Shown one piece after another: positions 50,800-59,364 of a stretch of DNA of 64,000 nucleotides; the first letter of the stretch is position 1; every line of letters starts with the position of its first letter. The notes under the pieces were generated by a model. That model ran no database searches, had not been told where the DNA came from, and was given only the letters and a program-made list of their open reading frames with translations. Source of the DNA: an uncultured Aliarcobacter sp. (GTDB lineage Bacteria > Campylobacterota > Campylobacteria > Campylobacterales > Arcobacteraceae); NCBI GenBank assembly GCA_963677435.1, contig OY781945.1, positions 2,720,001-2,784,000 of the forward strand. Direction: 5' to 3'. Both the position numbers and the translations under genes were made by a program.

Positions 50800-50931
50800 T
50801 ATAATTCTCATTCGTAATAAATTTTACAGGAATTTATTATAAATATCCCATAAATATTAACTATTATTTTAGACGCCATCAGGCTCCTTCCTTTAATAAA
50901 AAAGAGAATTGATTAATTTCTTCTCTTTTTT
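50800..50931 (+). ncRNA. Candidate small regulatory RNA (span includes the -10 box)
   Basis: TATAAT at 50800; 5' hairpin with ACAGGA apex; C/U-rich GCTCCTTCCTTT; terminator at 50898-50931. Confidence 0.5.
50898..50931. terminator. Bidirectional intrinsic terminator
   Basis: AAAAAAGAGAA...TTCTCTTTTTT inverted repeat between convergent units. Confidence 0.7.
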
Positions 50932-51922
50932 ATTTACTTTGTTTTGGTGTTTTTTTGTTCCACTTTTTATATGCTCTAAAAAATGAACTAGGTTCACTGT
51001 AACCCAATAAAATAGAGATTGTTCCCAAATCCATTTTTGTATTTTCTATATAATGTTGGGCAAGTTTTTGTCTGATTTTTCCTAAAGCATCCCTAAAAGT
51101 TTTTGATTCTGCTTTTAGATAATTTTGTAAAGTTCGCGGAGTTGTTCCAAGATTTGATGAAATCAAATCTATTGTAAGCTCTTTTTCTCCTATATTCTTT
51201 AAAATCTCTTTTTCAACTTTTGCGTACCAAGTTTTATTTTCTAACTCATCCAAAATCTTTTTGGCTTCATTTTCAAAATAGTCCAACATTGAAGAGTTTG
51301 GATTTTTAACTGGAATATTTAATTTATCTATTTTAAAGAATATTGCATTTTCGCCTTTTGAAAAAAAGATATTTTCTCCAAATATTTTCTGATATTCAAT
51401 AATATTTTCATCTTTATCTTGAGAGAAATATGTAAATTCAGGAGTTACTTTTTGCCCTAAAATTTGAGTTAGGATTGAAACTATTGAAGATAAATGAACT
51501 TGCGCATGAAAACTAGGAACTGGAATCATTGGGTTTTCATTTATATAAATTGCTAATTTATAATAAATACCATCATCAAAAAACTGAAATTTAAAATATC
51601 CACTGATTACTTTTTGATAATAATTAAACTTTTCTATCATCTGTTTTAAACTATTTGTATTTAAAAGTAAATAGCCTAAAAGTCCTAAAGATTGGTAGGA
51701 AACAGCTTGTCCAATATGCAAAGCTAAAGCTGGATTGTTTGATTCTTTCATGCAATATCTAAAAATAAAAGAGAGCTTTTTACTATCTATTTTTCCATCA
51801 TGTTTTGATAAAACTTCAGGAGATAAATCAACAACATTTAGCATTTTATTTATTGAAATATTTGTTGTTTTCTCTAAAGCTTTTAGTACATAATGAAAGG
51901 TAACACTTGAAACTTCCGCCAT
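50930..51922 (-). CDS. AraC-family transcriptional regulator (OruR/VqsM-type sensor domain)
   Basis: NPALALHIG..LGLLGY; C-terminal double HTH (PRTLQNYL; LGYSEPSSFFRAYKKW). Confidence 0.92.
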   Translation of the reverse strand: MAEVSSVTFHYVLKALEKTTNISINKMLNVVDLSPEVLSKHDGKIDSKKLSFIFRYCMKESNNPALALHIGQAVSYQSLGLLGYLLLNTNSLKQMIEKFNYYQKVISGYFKFQFFDDGIYYKLAIYINENPMIPVPSFHAQVHLSSIVSILTQILGQKVTPEFTYFSQDKDENIIEYQKIFGENIFFSKGENAIFFKIDKLNIPVKNPNSSMLDYFENEAKKILDELENKTWYAKVEKEILKNIGEKELTIDLISSNLGTTPRTLQNYLKAESKTFRDALGKIRQKLAQHYIENTKMDLGTISILLGYSEPSSFFRAYKKWNKKTPKQSK

Positions 51923-52028
51923 AATTGCCTTTTCTTTCGTGAAATGTCACTAAATCTTCAGATTATAACATAGCAGTTATACTTATTAACTACTACAATT
52001 GTATATAAAATATTACAAGGAGATGTAT

Positions 52029-52343
52029 ATGTCTAACAGTGAGATTAGAATTGATGAAAGATATGTAAGCTTTAAAAATATAAATTGTTTTGAAAATGCT
52101 TGTTTAGTGATTGATAATATGTTAAGGGTTCTTGAAAATCCAAAAAACATGAATATCTATTGGAAAAAAGTAGTTCCAATGATTCCAAAAGCTTACTATA
52201 CAAGAGATCCAAAAGATGACGAAAAAGAGGCTTTATTATATCTTGTATGTTCTAACTCTTTTTATCTTGATGAACTCTTTGAAAAAGCAGAAGACGAACA
52301 AGGAATAAAAGCTTTAAGTGTATGTGAGTTGGAGTGTTGTTAA
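52029..52343 (+). CDS. cowN: N2-fixation sustaining protein CowN
   Basis: ERYVSFKNINC N-terminus, YLDELFE, C-terminal ELECC; AAGGAG RBS 6 nt before the ATG at 52029. Confidence 0.75.
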   Translation: MSNSEIRIDERYVSFKNINCFENACLVIDNMLRVLENPKNMNIYWKKVVPMIPKAYYTRDPKDDEKEALLYLVCSNSFYLDELFEKAEDEQGIKALSVCELECC

Positions 52344-52429
52344 AAAACACTAATTTATTGTTTTTCTTATTAATTATTAAATAATTTAATTACTATGATA
52401 AAATAAATCATTTAAACAAGGATTTTATT

Positions 52430-53054
52430 ATGGCATATACTAAGGAAGACTGGAAGAAAAGAATTGCAGAAAGAAATGATATGAGTACTTCATTAATTCA
52501 TTTAACTAAAGGAAATTCACTCTTATCAACTATTGATGTACTTTACAATATATTAAAAGATAAAAAAAGTAAAAGGGAGTACAACAAATCCTGGATTTAT
52601 TGTTGGTAATGAAAAAGCTGTTTGTTTTCAAGATGCACCTTTGCATTCCATCTGTCAGAATGTTTTTTTTGAACAAAAAAAAATTAAAAATGATGGGAAT
52701 TATAAATTAAGATATAGAGCGGTTGGATTACTTTTTAATAAACAATTTGCATATAAAAAAGGTGCAAGACCTGTAATTTATGAAAAAACTGACATAGCAA
52801 AAGCATTTCTTCCTTCTAGTGAACACTGGCGAATTGTAAATTTTAATTTAGAAAATGATAGTTCTATTATAGATTGGACACATGAAAGAGAATGGCGAAT
52901 TAAAGGAGATTTTGAATTTGAATTATCAGATGTTACTATTATAGTAATTAAACAAAGTCATATAAAAAAACTGATTTCTAAATTTAATAATGATGGAATA
53001 GATTTAATGAATGAAATAAAGGGTATTGTAACACTAGAACATCTTCTTTATTGA
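52430..53054 (+). pseudogene. Frameshifted AbiGi/DUF2971-like protein (predicted ADP-ribosyltransferase fold)
   Basis: The ATG-52430 frame stops at 52607-52609; removing one A from A7 (52562-52568) joins it to ORF 52641-53054, giving 207 aa with LIHLTK, AVCFQDAPL, RPVIYE, WTHEREWR. Confidence 0.7.
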
Positions 53055-53069
53055 AGATATTCTAAATCT

Positions 53070-56057
53070 TTACTTTCTCAAATACCTCAAAGTCGTAGCA
53101 ATAATATCGTCATCATCTTTACTTGGTGATTTGATTGTCTCTTTTGTATCATCTGCTTTTGTGAATGTGATTGCCATTTCATAAGAGCTAATACTTTGGA
53201 TTCCTAGATTTAATGCTAGGATTTTTATGATGATTAGTTCTATAAACTGTTTTGTGTAAATATCTGGTTTACTAAATCTATCTTCCATCTCTTCTTCGAT
53301 TTTGTACACATCTTGAATATCACTTGCACGACTAAGTCTTCTATAAAGTTCAAGTCTAACTCTATCTTCATGGATATAATCATCTGAGATATATGCTGAA
53401 ATTGCTAGTTTTATGTCAACTGTTTTTTTCTCTGGTTTGTTTTCACCGCTTAGACTTGCTAAGGCATCTTCTAACATTTTTAGATATAAACCGTATCCGA
53501 TTTGTTTGATATGTCCACTTTGGGCTTCACCAATTATATTTCCACCACCTCTGATTTCTAAATCTTGGTGAGCTAAAGCTGTTCCACTTCCTAAGTATGA
53601 ATTTGACTCTAAAGCCACAAGTCTTTTTACTGCATCATCTGTGATTTGTTTTTTATCTTCAACAACATAATAACAGAATCCCTCTTTGTTACTTCTTCCA
53701 ACTCTTCCTCTTAATTGGTGTAAATCTGCGATTCCAAATCTATCTGCTCCATCAATAATAATTGAGTTTGCATTTGGTAAGTGAAGTCCTGATTCAACGA
53801 TTGAAGTTGCAAGTAAAATATCAAACTCTTTGTTTTCAAAGGCATCTATTATTTTTTCTGCAAGGTCTGGTTTGATTTGAGAGTGGATAACTTGGATTTT
53901 TATTCCTGGAACTATTTGTTCAATATCTGCTTTTTTCACTTCAATTGAAGCTATGTTATTATGCACATAAAAAAGTTGTCCACCTCTTCTTTTTTCCCTT
54001 AAAATAATCTCTTTAATTAATTTGTCACTAAACTCTTTTACATAAGTTCGAACTCCCAATCTCTCAGTTGGTGGAGTAAGAAGTGAGCTCATACCTTTTA
54101 GTTTTGATAAAGCAAGGTTTAAAGTTCGTGGAATTGGCGTTGCACTCATAGAGAAGATATGAACATCTTCTCTTAGGTGTTTTAGTTTCTCTTTTTGTTT
54201 AACCCCAAATTTATGCTCTTCATCTATGATTACTAAAGCTAGATTATTTGTTTGAATTTCTAAAAGTGAGTGAGTTCCAATAACTAACTTTATCTCTCCA
54301 CTTGCCAAACCTTTTTTGATATGAGTTTTCTCTTTTGCACTTGTTTTTCCATCAAGTTTGGCAATACTTATACCAAATTCTGAAAATCTTTTTTGCATAC
54401 TATGATAATGTTGGGTTGCAAGAAGTGTTGTTGGACATACAAAAATAGCTTGATAACCATCCAAAATTACAGCTAACATTGCATTCATTGCAACTTCTGT
54501 TTTACCAAATCCAACATCTCCAGAAAGAAGTCTATCCATAACTCGACCGCTACTTAAATCTGTAAAAATTTCTCTAATACTTCTTTTTTGGTCTTTTGTA
54601 TAATCAAAACCTGCACTTTTTTGGAAATCTTCAAGGATTTTTTTATCTGTGTTGATTTGAATTCCATTTACAAGTTCCCTTGCAGCTGCAATTTTGATAA
54701 TATCATTTGCAATGGCAAAAAGTCTATCTTTTACTTTCTCTTTTAGTTTGGCAAATGAGCCTTTTCCTAGCTTATCAACAACTGCATAAGAGCTTCCATC
54801 AGCTACATATCTATCAATTAAATCAATATTTTCAACGGGAATTAAAAGTTTGTCATCCCCCGCATACATCACGATTACAAAGTCTCTTTTTGCACCCATT
54901 ACAGTTACGGGTTCAATTCCTTTGTATTGTCCGATTCCATGTTTTTCGTGAACTACATAATCATTTAATTGAAGCTCATCAAGAACAAGTTTTACTTTTT
55001 TCTTTCTTCGTTTTTTTATCTCTTTGTTTAGAGAGATAATTACTTCATCTATTCCAACTAAATTTATGATGTAGTTTTCAAAAACATATTTGATATTTTT
55101 ATCATTTAAATCTAACTCATAACCTTTTACTTTGGCTTCAGTTCCTGAAATGATTGTGATTTTTTTCTCTTTGTGAAAAGAGATAAACTCTTTTACATTT
55201 GCAGGTGCAATTTCTTGATAGTTTCTGCTGTTATAGATTTGAGGTGTTAATAAAAACTTATCTTTGTTTATTCTTTTTTCTTCAAAAACATAAACTTCTT
55301 CAAGTTCATCTAAAGCATCTTGAGTTATAAATGAGCTAAGATTTTGGGGTAAATATTCGCCTAATTCATCTAAATACCAAAACCCTAAAGAGTGAATATC
55401 TTTGATAAAAGCATCACTTGAAACAGTTTCTATTTGTTCATTTATAGCACTTAAAGAGTTTTCATCAAGGGCTAAAAAAGCTGGGTTAATTGTAAAAGTT
55501 TCTATTTCATCTTTTGTTGATTTTTGATCTTCAATGTCAAATTTTCTAATACTTTCAACTTCATCATCAAAAAGTGAAACCCTATATCCAAACTCACTTC
55601 CTAAAGGACAAATATCAATAATATCCCCACGAATAGAGACTTCTCCCTCACTTGTAACAATATCTACAAAGTAATATCCCCAATTGTAAAGTTTTGATTT
55701 TAGCTCATCAATTTTGATTGTATCTGCAAAATTTATAGTAAAACTATCAAAACATTTCTCTTTTGGAAGTGGATATGAAATTGTTCGAATAGGTGAAATT
55801 AGGATTTTGTCTTGTTTTTTGTAAGAGTAATAAGAACTCAAAGTTCCCGTAATGTCTTGTAATTCATTTGAAAATGATAATAAATCATCTCCAAAGTTTG
55901 CTCTAAAATCTGATAAAACAAAAGGCTTCAAACCCAAATATGCCACAATATCTGAAGCTATTTGAGCTTGTCTATCGTCATTTACTATTAGTAATTGACA
56001 CTCTTTTGTTCTTTTTTCGTCTTTTAAATTTTTTAAAAATTCGTAAATATTTTTCAC
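53070..56057 (-). CDS. mfd: Transcription-repair coupling factor
   Basis: CarD-like domain (VVHEKHGIG), MDRLLSGDVGFGKTEV, DEEH, SATPIPRT, QLRGRVGRS, TRCF tail. Confidence 0.97.
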   Translation of the reverse strand: MKNIYEFLKNLKDEKRTKECQLLIVNDDRQAQIASDIVAYLGLKPFVLSDFRANFGDDLLSFSNELQDITGTLSSYYSYKKQDKILISPIRTISYPLPKEKCFDSFTINFADTIKIDELKSKLYNWGYYFVDIVTSEGEVSIRGDIIDICPLGSEFGYRVSLFDDEVESIRKFDIEDQKSTKDEIETFTINPAFLALDENSLSAINEQIETVSSDAFIKDIHSLGFWYLDELGEYLPQNLSSFITQDALDELEEVYVFEEKRINKDKFLLTPQIYNSRNYQEIAPANVKEFISFHKEKKITIISGTEAKVKGYELDLNDKNIKYVFENYIINLVGIDEVIISLNKEIKKRRKKKVKLVLDELQLNDYVVHEKHGIGQYKGIEPVTVMGAKRDFVIVMYAGDDKLLIPVENIDLIDRYVADGSSYAVVDKLGKGSFAKLKEKVKDRLFAIANDIIKIAAARELVNGIQINTDKKILEDFQKSAGFDYTKDQKRSIREIFTDLSSGRVMDRLLSGDVGFGKTEVAMNAMLAVILDGYQAIFVCPTTLLATQHYHSMQKRFSEFGISIAKLDGKTSAKEKTHIKKGLASGEIKLVIGTHSLLEIQTNNLALVIIDEEHKFGVKQKEKLKHLREDVHIFSMSATPIPRTLNLALSKLKGMSSLLTPPTERLGVRTYVKEFSDKLIKEIILREKRRGGQLFYVHNNIASIEVKKADIEQIVPGIKIQVIHSQIKPDLAEKIIDAFENKEFDILLATSIVESGLHLPNANSIIIDGADRFGIADLHQLRGRVGRSNKEGFCYYVVEDKKQITDDAVKRLVALESNSYLGSGTALAHQDLEIRGGGNIIGEAQSGHIKQIGYGLYLKMLEDALASLSGENKPEKKTVDIKLAISAYISDDYIHEDRVRLELYRRLSRASDIQDVYKIEEEMEDRFSKPDIYTKQFIELIIIKILALNLGIQSISSYEMAITFTKADDTKETIKSPSKDDDDIIATTLRYLRK

Positions 56058-56365
56058 TATTTTTCTTCTTGGATTAACTCAAAATCATTTGTTTCTTTAT
56101 CATAATAATATGTTGGATATGGTGTTTCATTTAATAAAAAGATTAAATTTGCATCATTAAAAACATTTTTTTGAAGCCCTTTTTTAAAAACCTCTAAAAT
56201 ATAAGCTTTTGTAGAGAAAGTTGTAGTTGATGAAGTTGCTGTATATACAAAATCTTCACCATCAACGGGTTTAAATCCCTCTTTTTTTACATGCTTCTCA
56301 AACTTTTCTTTATCTTCTAAACCACCAACATCTAATAAAACTATTACTTCTATTCCCTCTGCCAT
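56057..56365 (-). CDS. Hypothetical protein
   Basis: 102-aa ORF whose stop overlaps the mfd start. Confidence 0.7.
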   Translation of the reverse strand: MAEGIEVIVLLDVGGLEDKEKFEKHVKKEGFKPVDGEDFVYTATSSTTTFSTKAYILEVFKKGLQKNVFNDANLIFLLNETPYPTYYYDKETNDFELIQEEK

Positions 56366-56521
56366 CTTTTCCCCAAAAAATTTTTGGCTTATTCTAACAT
56401 ATTAAAGTTTTGTTATTGATTGTAATAAAATTTCAAAAAAATAAAGATTTTAGTGCAAAAAGATATTCTAATACTACGCTTTTATAATATGATATGTATT
56501 ATTAGTTTCAAAGGATTTAAA

Positions 56522-56776
56522 ATGAATTATGAATTATTAAGCAAACTCTCTATGGAAGAGGCAGAAAAATATAAAAATGATGCTTTGATTTTAAGAAGAA
56601 GAAATGAAATTATTTATCAAGAAATCGGAAAATTAAAAACAATAATAGAAAAACTAGAAAAAGAAAATAGTAGTTTAAAAGAAGAAATAACCACTTTAAA
56701 TAGTGAAATTGATTCATTAAAAAATGTATTAGAGTTTAAAAAAGATGAAAACCAACACTATATACATTATTCGTGA
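56522..56776 (+). CDS. Small coiled-coil hypothetical protein
   Basis: AAAGGA RBS before the ATG at 56522; heptad pattern. Confidence 0.6.
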   Translation: MNYELLSKLSMEEAEKYKNDALILRRRNEIIYQEIGKLKTIIEKLEKENSSLKEEITTLNSEIDSLKNVLEFKKDENQHYIHYS

Positions 56777-56785
56777 AGTTTATTA

Positions 56786-56818
56786 AAAAAGAAAGAAAAG
56801 TAAATTTCTCTCTTTTTT
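56786..56818. terminator. Probable bidirectional terminator
   Basis: AAAAAGAAAGAAA...TTTCTCTCTTTTT imperfect inverted repeat between convergent genes. Confidence 0.55.
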
Positions 56819-57524
56819 ACGAAATTAATGCACTAATAAATCCAATCAGTCCACCAAATACAGCTCCCCAAATAACTAACCATCCTAAATGTTCTTTAAT
56901 CATTTCTTGAACTATCTCTTTTACCATTTTTGGTGTTAGTTCTTCAAGTCTTGTATTTACGATTTTGCTTAATTTATTGTAAATATCTTCACTTAAATCT
57001 TCTGATTTTAAAGCTTCATTTACAACTTCTTGGAAAGCATCACTTGCAGAAATTGAGATTATTGAAGCTTGTAGTTTTTTTGTAAAAGGTTCTCTTAAAG
57101 GCTCTAATGCTGCTTCTCCCCCAAACATTCCTAACATTCCACCAAAAGATGATTGCATTACTGATTCTTTTAGTGATTCATAGGCTGGTGAAAAATCTGT
57201 TTTATTTAAGATTTTTTCAAAATCTATTGTTTTTTTTGCACTTGATACTTCTTCTTCAAAGAATCTTTTTAAATGTTCACGAGTGAAAAATTGATTCATA
57301 AGTAAATTATGTATTGAGATTTTAAATTGTGAGAATTTACTTTCAATCACACCACTTCCATATAAAAAAGGAACTTTTTCAAAAAGCATATGAATTGCAA
57401 GTGTATTTGTAATTGCTCCACTTAAGGCAAATAATCCAATCATGTAAATTAAATCATTTCCATTTGAATATCCATAAGCCATGATTAAAACGGTAATTAT
57501 ATTTGTGATATCTGATTTGTTCAT
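56817..57524 (-). CDS. DUF445-family membrane protein
   Basis: SGAITNTLAIHMLFEKVP..GSGVI and HLGWLVIWGAVFGGLIG. Confidence 0.85.
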   Translation of the reverse strand: MNKSDITNIITVLIMAYGYSNGNDLIYMIGLFALSGAITNTLAIHMLFEKVPFLYGSGVIESKFSQFKISIHNLLMNQFFTREHLKRFFEEEVSSAKKTIDFEKILNKTDFSPAYESLKESVMQSSFGGMLGMFGGEAALEPLREPFTKKLQASIISISASDAFQEVVNEALKSEDLSEDIYNKLSKIVNTRLEELTPKMVKEIVQEMIKEHLGWLVIWGAVFGGLIGFISALIS

Positions 57525-57593
57525 AATAAAATCCTTGTGCTTTTTAGAGTTAGGATTTTATCATAAGTTTATAAAATAAGTTTTTAAATAGAT

Positions 57594-59294
57594 TTATAAT
57601 TTAATTGGAATAATTCCAGTTGATTTTCCAGGCTTCACCTCTTTATAAATAGTATCATCAAGTGGTTTAATATGTGCATCTTTTCCATAAATATAACTTT
57701 GTTCATCCACTATTACTTTATATGCTTTATTAAGTTCTATAGCTCTTTTTATACTTGGATAGATTAAATATGTTATATCATTTTTGATTTTATTAACTTC
57801 ACTTTGAATTAATTTCCCATTTTTATCAAAGAATTTATTTTTAATTTCATTATTTGCTCTATACTCATCACCTGCTCTATTTTGTTCTAAATAAAAAGCA
57901 AATTCACCTTGTCCATTTGGTAGAATTCTATCTTTTGTACCTTTTAAATCTTTTTTATTCCAATGATACCAAGCATTTTTTTCATCAAATTTTCTAGGAA
58001 ATGCAAAACTAGAATCAGTGGTTGCACCAATTCCAGAATGACAACCAATACAAGATAAAGTTTCTTCATAAGATTGTGGTCGTAAATCACCATTAATATC
58101 TTCTATAAATCCTTGATAAACCCATCCTGAACCAGATAATAAACCACTTTCTATATTTCCATTTACTTCTTTTAATCTTTCAGGAAAATCATGTTTTTCT
58201 TTTATTTCAGTTGTTGCTGAGTTACTCAATTGCATGTAATTATTCCACGATACTTTTTTTGTATATCTTAACTCTTTCATTCTAGGAGACATTTTTATAC
58301 TATTTTTCTGTTCATCAATTCCAATATATCTAACAGAATGTAAGAATTCTGTTCCATTTGGATAAAGCCCAGGTGAAATATGAAGTTTATTTGATTTAAG
58401 CTCTTCATTTGCTAAACCTACATAATAGTTTTTGTATATAACTTTTGGGTATTTTGATAGTGCATCTGGTTTATTCCATTTATAAACAATAAGAGATGTT
58501 TTATCTATTAAATTATTATGATTTAAATCAACATTATATTTTGACTCATCAACTTCAAAATCTAATTTTACATCTTGTTTTTTTATCATTGATTCTACAA
58601 TTGCCAGATTTATTTTATAAATCTCTTTTGAAAAATTTCCTTTTTCATCTTGCATCATAGATTTGGGAAGTCTAATAAGTACATCATCAACACTTCCATT
58701 TGTTGGCCAAAAAGTTCCTAAAAATGGTGTATAAGCAAAGGCTCTCCAACCAGTATAAACACCATTTAAATCTTTATCAAAACCTTCGTCATCAAAATTA
58801 AAATAACTATCTGGAATATACCCACTCCATTTTCCATCTTTTTTTCCATTATATGAAAAATCCCAAGTTGATGGTAAATTTTGTGTTAATTTTTCTGCAA
58901 TTATTATTTCCCCATTGTTTTTTTTATAATTATCTTTATTGATATATGAAAGAATTTCACTATCACTTATTTTTGAAACTAATGTTGTTCTATCTTTAAA
59001 TGAGTTTGTAAATGGATTTTTATTACTACTTTCACTAAAATCATAAGCTGCTTGCAAATCAAAATCATTTATAAAATTTGGTTCTTTAGAGTTTATATGA
59101 CAAGAATAACAAGGATTAAATGTATTATTTTTATTATCTTGTGTTTTTGTATAACATTGAGGGCTGATATAAACTGAACTTTTATTTAAAATAGTTTTTG
59201 ATGTAATATCTCTACTTTCAACCAAAAAATCTTTTTTGTAAGCATTAGCAGTTACAAACATAAGTAAACTTAAAAATAGAACTTTTTTAAACAT
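57594..59294 (-). CDS. Exported putative di-heme c-type cytochrome protein of unknown function
   Basis: Sec signal peptide; CYSCH and CIGCH heme-binding motifs about 350 aa apart. Confidence 0.75.
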   Translation of the reverse strand: MFKKVLFLSLLMFVTANAYKKDFLVESRDITSKTILNKSSVYISPQCYTKTQDNKNNTFNPCYSCHINSKEPNFINDFDLQAAYDFSESSNKNPFTNSFKDRTTLVSKISDSEILSYINKDNYKKNNGEIIIAEKLTQNLPSTWDFSYNGKKDGKWSGYIPDSYFNFDDEGFDKDLNGVYTGWRAFAYTPFLGTFWPTNGSVDDVLIRLPKSMMQDEKGNFSKEIYKINLAIVESMIKKQDVKLDFEVDESKYNVDLNHNNLIDKTSLIVYKWNKPDALSKYPKVIYKNYYVGLANEELKSNKLHISPGLYPNGTEFLHSVRYIGIDEQKNSIKMSPRMKELRYTKKVSWNNYMQLSNSATTEIKEKHDFPERLKEVNGNIESGLLSGSGWVYQGFIEDINGDLRPQSYEETLSCIGCHSGIGATTDSSFAFPRKFDEKNAWYHWNKKDLKGTKDRILPNGQGEFAFYLEQNRAGDEYRANNEIKNKFFDKNGKLIQSEVNKIKNDITYLIYPSIKRAIELNKAYKVIVDEQSYIYGKDAHIKPLDDTIYKEVKPGKSTGIIPIKL

Positions 59295-59329
59295 TTGATT
59301 CCTTCTAAAATATATAAGAAAATTCTAAT

Positions 59330-59362
59330 AAAAAAGAGAAAGGTAAACTTTCCCCTTTTTTT
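59330..59362 (-). terminator. Probable terminator between phoX and the di-heme gene
   Basis: Minus-strand AAAAAAGGGGAAAG/CTTTCTCTTTTTT stem with G-U pairs and a T run. Confidence 0.6.
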
Positions 59363-59364
59363 AA

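Noticed and set aside
50812..50895. Possible tRNA in the GC-richer intergenic patch
   Set aside because: No cloverleaf, no GTTCGA T-loop and no acceptor stem
52641..53054. 137-aa ORF as an independent gene
   Set aside because: TTG start with no RBS, in mid-motif; better explained as the 3' part of the frameshifted gene starting at 52430
52344..53070. Mobile element boundaries around the AbiGi-like gene
   Set aside because: No transposase, integrase, terminal inverted repeats or target duplication seen
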